Assembly (NCBI GenBank): GCA_943788985.1 | Contig: CALSSJ010000013.1 | Span: 21,521-85,520 of the forward strand | From: an uncultured Lentisphaerales bacterium | Lineage (GTDB): Bacteria > Verrucomicrobiota > Lentisphaeria > JABSQK01 > UBA12247 | Direction of reading: 5' to 3' | DNA: 64,000 bases | Position numbers and translations under genes: made by a program | Notes under the pieces: model-generated | Told to the model about the DNA's origin: nothing | The model's input: only the letters and a program-made list of their open reading frames with translations | Database searches by the model: none | Shown here: piece by piece, positions 30,999-39,600 of the stretch | Position numbering within the stretch: the first letter of the stretch is position 1 | Layout of the letters: each line of letters begins with the position of its first letter

Positions 30999-31410
30999 GC
31001 CTACATGCGAGAGGAGTGGCAGTGCACCTACTTCAAGCTCGACGCCAATAGGTGGAGTGCCCTGCCCTTCGGTTGGATGATGGATCTCAATGCCACGCAG
31101 GTCGATGCCTATCGCGCTGGCAGGCATGCAGTCATCGACGGCGCAGGCCCGGACACCTTTATCCTCGACTGCAATGCGCCAATGTGGCCCTCCGTCTGGC
31201 ATCGCGGCACAGTTCGAGGATCACACATTTTGCCTGGGGCGCATCGTTCGCCCTGATGGCGAGATCCTCTGCCTGTTCAACCGGGACGACACGCCGCGCC
31301 AGGCCGAACTTCCCGCTGGCACCTGGACCGACTTTTGGACCGATGCGCCAGTCACAGGCCCACTGGACCTGCCCGCTCACAGCGCCCGCGTGCTCCGCAG
31401 TCCTACCTAA
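30999..31410 (+). pseudogene. GH36-like alpha-galactosidase 3' remnant with internal deletion
   Basis: MREEWQCTYFKLDAN and CNAPMWPS, then a jump to PPSGIAAQF..LCLFNRDD..WTDFWT. Confidence 0.65.
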
Positions 31411-31488
31411 GACTGGCAGAAATGCCCCGGTGATGTTGCTCCGTCACTAAGTCATCAAGTTCCCCCTGAAACGAGCAGTAGTCATGGG

Positions 31489-31698
31489 CTAATAATGCGG
31501 AGGACGCTCGTCTTCCGGCCGACGGGGTCCAGACGAGGCCTCTTGGACATCCGAGATGGAGTCAGTTAACTGCTCAACCATCTTCTCCAAGCGATCAATT
31601 TGGCCCTGCTGTCGGGTCACGACCTCATTGAGATCATCCAGCATCTGCTCTTGGTAGCCAAGTTTCACCTCAAGGTCCACGACACGTGCATCATCCAT
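31489..31698 (-). CDS. slyX: SlyX family protein
   Basis: DLEVKLGYQEQMLDDLNEVV...DERPPHY. Confidence 0.9.
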   Translation of the reverse strand: MDDARVVDLEVKLGYQEQMLDDLNEVVTRQQGQIDRLEKMVEQLTDSISDVQEASSGPRRPEDERPPHY

Positions 31699-31886
31699 TC
31701 CAACCACCCTTCATCGATTCAATTCCTGCGCGGTCAATCAGCGTCATCCAGTCTTCGCCGAACGCATGGTGCTCCTGCTTGGCAAGCAAGCTAAGGGCCC
31801 GCGCGGGAATACCTTCACATCTTGCTTCTGAGCATTTTGGCTTCTTTGCCCCGTTTGATTCAGTGCCCAGACCAGACAACGGGGGC

Positions 31887-31914
31887 TTGCAGATCTGGGG
31901 GGGGGGGGTATACT
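31887..31914 (+). promoter_or_regulatory. sigma70-like promoter with G12 homopolymer in the spacer
   Basis: TTGCAG (31887-31892), 16-nt spacer ATCT+G12, TATACT (31909-31914); about 90 nt upstream of ATG 32005. Confidence 0.6.
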
Positions 31915-32004
31915 CATTCCTGAATAATTGCATAAGCCCGGCTGTGTCGCTGGGCGGATATCAGAATGCGATTACCCCACTTTTTTATCTTAGGGAATGT
32001 CCAC

Positions 32005-33813
32005 ATGAAGACTCCAACACAAGTGGCGTTGTTGTGCCTTGCCGCGAGCCTGTACGTGACAACTGTCGCAAACGCGGGCACGGCCAATTACCGAAACACG
32101 GTGTTGGGGGATAGCCCCCTCGTCTATTACGAGTTTGATGAGACCAGCGGCACCACTGCGACCAATAGCGGGACCCTGGGCGCTACGCATCACGGCACCA
32201 TCGTCAGCACTGTGGCGCTCAACCAGGCGAGCTTTGCCAAGGGCGGCACTGCCTATGACTTCGGTGGTGGCTGGGTCGCGGCGGCGGCAGCGGCCTCTTC
32301 GTTAACCGAATGGACGGTGGAAGCGTGGATCAACTGGGACTCGACGAAGACCACCAGGTCCCACATTTTCGGCAACGACCAAAGCGGCTGGAACGATGAT
32401 GTTCTGCTTGGAATCGGTGTTGAAGTCGGGGGGCAAGGTGTCCCAGCCAGTAATGTCGGCTGCATTCAACAGGGCAGCCCGGGCAGCACTCGCGACTTTG
32501 TGACAGAGCCCCTGGCTCACAGTGAGTGGCACCATGTTGTCGCTACCGGCAGTACCACTGCTGGCGAACTCAAGCTGTACGTCGATGGCGTGCTCGTGGA
32601 TACGGACAGTTCGCTCGCCAACGGGGTGACATTGAACGGAACGGGTGGCATCGGCTCGCCCTCTGTTTTTGTGGGGAAAGATGGTTACGCCAATCGCACA
32701 TTCGACGGACTGATTGACGAATTTGCGCTCTACGACACGGTGCTCGACGCCACGAGGGTGGAGGCGCACTATGTGGCGGGCCAAACGGAGGTGTTGCTGG
32801 TCGATATCGACATCAACGGCACCACGTCGGGCACCGTCCTGAACCAATCGGGCACCGACACGATCGTCATCGATGCGAGCAACAGTGGCGACAAGCGGAT
32901 GACCGTCAATGGATCGCACCTGACGCAGACGCGTGGCGTGGCCATCGCCGTGCCGACGGCGTTGGGGATCTCCCTACCACGGCAGGTGATCAATGTCACC
33001 GGCGAACTGACCAATCCGGGGACATCCGGTTTCCCCGGTATCTGGTTCGCGACAAACGACATCTCCGGCGGCGGCGCTGAAGCGAACTACGATTTCGCTG
33101 TGGCGCATTTTCCATTTTCTGGCGGCTGGATCGCTGGCACGGTGGATCAGGACGGCACCGTCCTGGCGGGCAACACGACGGACGTCACAATCACCAAGCG
33201 ATCCGGGGCCGGCGTCACCAGCGGCAACTACTCGCTCGACATCGCCGGCGTGAATCCTTCGACCGACGGCTACCTGTTCACCATTGGGGCGCAGAATGAA
33301 ACCAGCGGCAACTACGCGCCGACTCGCATTCAGCCGGACAATTCCGGGTGGGACATCACCATCAGCGATCAGGGCGGCGACGCCAATGACGGAACCAACG
33401 GCGAGAACGACGACTGGAGTTTCGTCTACATTCCTGAGAACGCTCGTAACCTGATCGCCGGGCGCATTGACGACGATGCGACCGTGTTGGACAGCGTCGG
33501 CAGCTTCAGCGTCGCGTCGCAGCCCACCACCGGCGAGTATCTCTTGACGATCCCGGACGGGGTGGGCGGGTTCCTGGGCAAAGACGACGGCGTCCTGCTG
33601 CTCAACGTGACCAAGGACGGGGCGCCTGCCTTCGATGGCGCCGATGACAACTTCCTGCTTCAGGCGTACAGCAGTGCGGACGAGGGCTTCATCGTCTCGT
33701 CGCACGATCTTGCGGCAGCCAGCGACCAGACCACCGAGTGGTCGTTCGCTTTCCTGCAGTTCGACTCGCCGGCGCGCATTCCCGTGCCGGGCGCTGTCAT
33801 CCTATTGTACTAA
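32005..33813 (+). CDS. Secreted LamG-like jellyroll protein with C-terminal PVPGAVILLY motif
   Basis: Signal peptide ..VANA, YYEFDE, WTVEAWI, WHHVVAT, KLYVDG, FDGLIDEFALYD. Confidence 0.85.
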   Translation: MKTPTQVALLCLAASLYVTTVANAGTANYRNTVLGDSPLVYYEFDETSGTTATNSGTLGATHHGTIVSTVALNQASFAKGGTAYDFGGGWVAAAAAASSLTEWTVEAWINWDSTKTTRSHIFGNDQSGWNDDVLLGIGVEVGGQGVPASNVGCIQQGSPGSTRDFVTEPLAHSEWHHVVATGSTTAGELKLYVDGVLVDTDSSLANGVTLNGTGGIGSPSVFVGKDGYANRTFDGLIDEFALYDTVLDATRVEAHYVAGQTEVLLVDIDINGTTSGTVLNQSGTDTIVIDASNSGDKRMTVNGSHLTQTRGVAIAVPTALGISLPRQVINVTGELTNPGTSGFPGIWFATNDISGGGAEANYDFAVAHFPFSGGWIAGTVDQDGTVLAGNTTDVTITKRSGAGVTSGNYSLDIAGVNPSTDGYLFTIGAQNETSGNYAPTRIQPDNSGWDITISDQGGDANDGTNGENDDWSFVYIPENARNLIAGRIDDDATVLDSVGSFSVASQPTTGEYLLTIPDGVGGFLGKDDGVLLLNVTKDGAPAFDGADDNFLLQAYSSADEGFIVSSHDLAAASDQTTEWSFAFLQFDSPARIPVPGAVILLY

Positions 33814-33831
33814 TGCCCAGCGGTCGGAGGC

Positions 33832-34921
33832 ATGGCGCATATCGACGGTAGGACATTGCGAAAGCGATTTACTCTGATCGAATTATTGGTCGTGATCGTC
33901 ATCATCGCCATACTGGTGTCCCTGCTGCTCCCGGCGCTGTCGCGCGCCAGGTACACAGCTCGGCTGGCCGCCTGCACTAGTGAGCTCCATCAATGGGGTA
34001 TTGGCCTCACTGCGTGGGCAGGGGAGCACGACAGTTATCTGCCCGAACGCTCTGTTTACTCGAACGGCAATCGGCAGCCACATTTGCTGAAGTCGGGTGG
34101 AGCCGATGATCGACAGCTTTTCGACGACGTGCTCGGGCTCCCGCGTACAAACTGTACGTTTGTTGGCGAGCCCCCTTATGACATCGCTACAGTGGGAGGC
34201 CCGTATGTGCTTTCAAGCTATGAATTTTGAGCGGGCGCGGAAATCGACCATAGGCAACCCGCCTCGAGCATGTTGCGCATTGGCGACACCATGAATTGGA
34301 CTTCATGCAGCACGAACTATGAGTTTGACATCTTAGGGCCCACGCGGAAATAACGTTACATTTTGGCGGGAGCGCCGGATGGTCATATGCAAGGCGCGTG
34401 GAGCGATGCGTACCCGTAGGTACGTATGCGACACGCAACGCCGCAGATGGCTGTCCGCCGCCCCGCCCCGCAGGGCAGGGCTGCGACTGTTTTGCCCCCT
34501 GGCGGCGTTGCCTCGCTCGAGATATACCTACAGGTATACCCGCTCGCTCGCGCCTTGCCAGGAACCAAAACAGCCAGCAGCAAAATGTAACGTAATATCC
34601 GCGCGGGCCCTTAGTGGCAGACATGGACCGCACACGTCTGGCGTCCAGTAACTCGGTGATGTCTTCGCATCCACAGACAGTGCTGGGTTGCTCCCTTTGC
34701 AGTTGATAGCCCCCGGATACAAGATCTATACCTACTTCTCATCGGGCGGAGTGCGCGGAACGGTGGATCGGAACTTCCTTCACTCTGACGGCTCAGTCAG
34801 TCGTATGACAAAGGTTCTCGCTCCTACGCCTACCAACTGGGATTCACGGCTCGTACGCGTTCCCTATCAATCGAACAGGCCTGCCGATTCGCCTTCCGGC
34901 TATCTGCCGACGGCTGACTGA
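33832..34921 (+). pseudogene. Prepilin-type N-terminal cleavage/methylation (FTLIELL) protein, disrupted
   Basis: [29 protein letters not shown]; TGA at 34228-34230, MITE at 34336-34610, frameshift near 34673, and C-terminal RNFLHSDGSV in ORF 34688-34921. Confidence 0.85.
34336..34610. mobile_element. 275-bp MITE, 30-bp TIRs, TTA target-site duplication
   Basis: TIRs GGGCCCACGCGGAAATAACGTTACATTTTG and GGGCCCGCGCGGATATTACGTTACATTTTG (27/30); TTA at 34333-34335 and 34611-34613; removal restores EFDILVADMDR in frame. Confidence 0.88.
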
Positions 34922-34923
34922 CT

Positions 34924-34957
34924 GGCACCGCCCCGCCCCACTCCAACGGTGCCTTTC
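34924..34957 (+). terminator. Probable terminator
   Basis: GGCACCG/CGGTGCC stem followed by TTT, just after the prepilin-type gene. Confidence 0.5.
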
Positions 34958-35193
34958 CTGTCCTACTGCTGCGGCGATAGTTTTTCTTGGATGGCAGTCG
35001 CCAATCTAGATCTCACATCTGGATACGGCCTACCAATCGCCCTGCTTGCACTCTCCCATTTCTCGCCTAGGTTGGACTGCTTCAGCAACCTCACCGAACG
35101 CCTGCCACTAATTCCGCTGGCTGTTCAGATGCCCACTTCTTAGATCGTATTAAACGATCCCCGCGCCAAACACTGCATAGAGAGGAATTGACA

Positions 35194-35346
35194 ATGACAA
35201 TATGCCCAATCGCCTTAGTAGCCGGCTGCAAGAAATGTCTGCTATTCAAGGTCTGCCCCTTGAAAAGTGTCATTGGTGATCACAAGAAACTGGACGAAAC
35301 GCAAACAAAGCAGCACGCCGAGAACGACGAAAGTAGGGACCAGTAG
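35194..35346 (+). CDS. 50-aa four-cysteine small protein MTICPIALVAGCKKCLLFKVCPLKSVIGD...
   Basis: RBS GAGAGGA, ATG 35194, TAG 35344-35346; Cys at positions 4, 12, 15 and 21. Confidence 0.7.
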   Translation: MTICPIALVAGCKKCLLFKVCPLKSVIGDHKKLDETQTKQHAENDESRDQ

Positions 35347-35569
35347 CCGAAGACGAGGGCATAAAAAATATTGGAGAACTGAGTCCCTCCTTTTATTTTT
35401 CTCCCTTTCATTTTTCTGCCAAATTCTTTTGATTCCCTGAAATAGGACTGGCCCGCGCGGGCGCAACCTGGGACAGATGTCCCGCTGGCTTAGAGGCTTA
35501 CAGGCAGAGCCCGACCGACTGGATCGGGGGTGAAACGCAAAATGATTGGTCGCCAGCGGTGGCATGGTC

Positions 35570-35830
35570 CTTGCCAGCGATCGGATGATGGATCTCACTG
35601 CTGACCACGCAGCTCGCCTTGCCAAGCTGATCCCCCGTCTGGCATCGCAGCCCAGTTCGACGACCACACATTTCGCCTAGGACGCATTCCTCATCCCGAT
35701 GGCGCCATTCTCTGCCTGTTCAACTGGGACGACACCCCGCGCCAGGCAGAACTACCCGCTGGCAGTTGGACCGTCTTTTGGACCGGCGAGCCAGTCGCGG
35801 GACCACTGGCCCTTGCCGCTGCTTGCAGGC
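35570..35830 (+). pseudogene. Second GH36-like 3' remnant (paralog of 30999-31410)
   Basis: ASGGMVLASD..LAKLIP, SGIAAQFDDHTFRLGRI..LCLFNWDDTPRQAELPAG; nucleotide similarity to 31190-31380 is visible. Confidence 0.6.
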
Positions 35831-35880
35831 AAGTTAGGGCGTGGCACAGGAATAACTTCAGATGCTGCTAACGCGCGGGA

Positions 35881-36177
35881 TTGTGGGAGGCCGGAAGCGA
35901 TAAAAACTCTGCGGCAACACGCCTGAGGCGCTTGGGCAATCGACCACAGTTTATCAGCCAGGAGAAAAGTGTGGCGGCCACAAAGACGTATCTTGAGAAC
36001 GCATGTCCGTCAGGAAATTTCACCTTCCAGGCACTGCCCTTCCCCAATCACACAGATGCCTGGGTGCTTCGGGATATTCCAGAAAGAAAAGTGATTCGGG
36101 ATTGGTTCAAGCAAGTTCTTAAAGAAAAAAGCCAGCAGGGCGCTGAAGGCGACGCGGCAAAGCGCACCGGCTGGTAG
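35881..36177 (+). pseudogene. C-terminal fragment of a hypothetical (hydrolase-like) protein
   Basis: RLRRLGNRPQFISQE..FTFQALPFPNHTDAWVLR reads as a protein C-terminus; no RBS or start. Confidence 0.4.
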
Positions 36178-36202
36178 CTTGAACGGTCGCATGAAGGATT
36201 TG

Positions 36203-36330
36203 GGACAAGAATATTTTGAGGACAAGAAAATGGGACTGTGGTTCGGTGCAGCATGTTTGACGTTGCGCTCCGAATCCAGTTAGTTCGGGCCTATCCCCAC
36301 GGGATGGTTTGGCCCTTATTTTTCTTGTCC
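36203..36330. repeat. Short inverted element with GGACAAGAAAAT / ATTTTTCTTGTCC ends
   Basis: Tandem GGACAAGAA units at 36203-36231 and an inverted copy at 36318-36330. Confidence 0.4.
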
Positions 36331-36621
36331 TATCCAAGCTGCAGCTTCCGGAGTCCGTAGGCCCCGTCCACCACCACACCGTAGCCCCAATCAGGCGCTG
36401 CTGCCTGACGGCTATCTATCGCCGCATCAGTAGTCGCGAGTCACTGGTCCCAAAACAAAACTGGCTGGCTAGCAGATCGTATGAGAAGGCGCGTCATTTT
36501 TTAGCGCCAACTGGTTATCCGTTGCGACGCGCGCCTGGTAGGTTACGTCTTTCTTTCTCTGCCGCTTATCCGAAAGGGCCGTGGCTAAACTCGACCATCC
36601 CATCATCCCAGAAGGCGCATC

Positions 36622-39600
36622 GTGCAAATCCAGAAATGCTATCAGTCTAAAGCCCGCGGAAAGCGAGCCCTCCCCGGGGCCCTGGCCATCCTGTTTATCC
36701 TCTGCGCGTTACTGGCCAGTGAAGCGGCAGCAGCACGCAAAAAGGTCCTGTTTATCGCAGGACACCCCAGCCATAGCAATGGTGAACATGAGTTTCGCGC
36801 GGGCTGCATGCTGCTGGCTAAGGCGATCAATGATAGTGGCCTAGATATTGAAGCCGTGGTCCATTCGTATGACTGGCCTAAAGATGAAAGCATCTTCGAG
36901 GGCGTCGACGCGGTGGTGATTTATGCGGATGCGGGCGGGCCGATCCGGAACAAGCTCACCTTTCTTGATGAGAAAGTAAAGGCGGGCATGGGCATCATGT
37001 TCATGCATTACGGTGTGCACCCGCCCAAACAGATTGGCCAAGACTATTTTTTGGACTGGATCGGCGGCTACTTTGAGACGGGTTGGTCGGTCAATCCCCA
37101 TTGGATTGCGGACCTGGCCCCGAAGGCCAATCACCCGGTGGGCAATGGTATCGACAAGCCCGTGAAAGCCTATGACGAGTTCTATTTCAACATGCGCTTT
37201 CCCACGGATTGTGACGAGTGCTATCCGCTGGTGACGGCCAGCCCGCAACCAGATCGGATGGTGCGCTATATCAACCTCTGGAATGAACACGGCGATGCCG
37301 CCTTTGGTAAGCCACAGGCGTTGATGTGGTGCAGAGACCCGAAGAGCGGCGGACGCGGAATCGGTTTCACCGGTGGCCACTACCACAAGAACTGGGCCAT
37401 TGACGACTTTCGCAAGCTGGCGCTCAACAGCATTGTCTGGCTCGCTCGTGGTGAGGTCCCCGCAACCGGCGTGCCGTCCCAGCCCCTTACCCAGGAGCAC
37501 CTCAACGCGAATCTGGACCGGCCAAAGCCCGGCGAGGTCCTGCCCCTGCCGGATGGCTCAGAGTTGACCCAAAAGCCCATGGCGCGTCCGCAGGACCCGG
37601 CCAATTACGGGCGCAAGGGGAAGACCAAGCCGAAAGCGTCTAAGGCGAAGAAGAAGGCACGAAAATCCAACAAGGCCAAAGCCGCAGCGCCGGATGCCGC
37701 CTCGCCCCAGGCTTGGACGCGGCCACTGTTGAGCAGCGACAAAGAGCGATTGGTGCAGGTGGAACTGATGGTGAAAGGCCTCAAGGAGATTTATCTAACC
37801 GTGGATGACCTGCATGAAGACAGTCATGATTGGGCGGATTGGCTAAACCCGCGGTTTGTCGATGCCCAGGGCAAGGAGACGCTTCTCGGGCAATCGCAGA
37901 TTGTCAAGGCCACGCAAGGCTGGGGAAAACTGAAACACGACATGAGCGTGGGTGGCAAGCCGCTTAAGGTCGCGGGCAAGACCTACAAACAGGGACTGGG
38001 CACGCACGCCCCGTCCAACATCGCTGTGACTGTGCCAAAGGGCGCAGTGAAATTTCTTACCTCAGTAGGGATCGACGACGGCGGTGCGCTGCGAAACGGT
38101 AAGCCGACCCCCGCTGGCATGCGCTTTGGCGTGCTCGCACAACCTTGGAGCGGAAAGAGCGCGGAGACGGCGGGCAAGCTCACCAGCAAAACGCTCGTTC
38201 CTGCGGACTACCTGACCGCGACCGGCGACCTCGAGGTCACGCTCTGGGCCAGTAGCCCACTGCTCCATAACCCGACCAACATGGACACTGATGCCGATGG
38301 CCGCATCTGGGTCGCGGAGGGCGTGAACTATCGCAGGCATGGAAATCGGGCTCCGAAAGGAGACCGGATCGTGGTCTTGGAAGACACCAATGGCGATGGC
38401 CAGGCCGATACCTCCAGCGTCTTTGTACAAGACCCGGAGTTAGCTGCGCCGCTGGGCGTGAGCGTCTTTGGCAACAAAATTGTGGTTGCCCAACCACCCA
38501 ACCTCCTGGTCTATACAGACGTCAATCACAACCGCGTATTCGAGAAAGGCATCGACACCCGCGAGGTGCTGCTGACTGGCTTCAATGCCAAGCAGCACGA
38601 TCATTCCCTGCACTCGGTCACCGCTGGCCCCGACGGCCAGTGGTATCTGAACCAAGGCAATTGCGGCGCAGTCTTTACGGCTACCGACGGGAAGACCTTT
38701 CGGCTCGGCAGCCCCTATAAAGGCGGCGGTGGCGAATGGTTCGTGGATCAAAAAGCAGCGGCGGGCCAGCCCAGCGATGACGGCCATGTCTGGATTGCTG
38801 GCTTTATCGCCCGAATGAACCCCGATGGCAGTAATGTCGAAATTGTCGGCCACAACTTCCGCAATTCGTACGAAAACACGGTCAACTCCTACGGGGAAGT
38901 CTTTCAGAACGACAATGATGACCCGCCCGCTTGCCGCACCTCCTATGTGCTGGAATACGGGAACGCCGGCTTCTTTTCAGCAGACGGCAAGCGCACCTGG
39001 CAGGTGGATCGCCGTCCCGGCCAATCCACCCCGACCGCACACTGGCGTCAGGAAGACCCCGGCACGATGCCGTCTGGGGATGTCTACGGGCGCGGCTCAC
39101 CCACAGGAATCGCCTTTTATGAGAACGGTGCCTTGCCCACATCCTACCGCGGTACGCTGTTGAGCGGGCAGGCAGCCCTCCGCTTGATATTTGGCTACCA
39201 GCCAGAGCCCGACGGCGCTGGCTACAAACTGGAGCGCTCGCACTTCGTCGCGGCCACTGGCCCGAAGGATCCGGCTCTGCAAGGCGATAAGGTCTGGTAC
39301 AACTTTCGGCCGTCGGATGTCATGGTAGGTGCAGATGGCGCGATCTATGTCGCAGATTGGTTTGACCCGGGGGTTGGCGGACACGGCGATCGTGACGCGG
39401 CAACCGCGGGTGCTATCTACCGCATCGCGCCCAAGGGCTTCAAGAGTGCCCCGAAAAAGATCGATCTGACGACCTTGGAGGGGGCGGCCACCGCCCTGGA
39501 ATCACCAGCGGTGAACGTACGCTACGGTGGCTTTGTGGCGCTCCGCGAGCGCGGCGCCGCGGCACTTCCTACCGTGACTAGGTTGATGAAACACGAGAAT

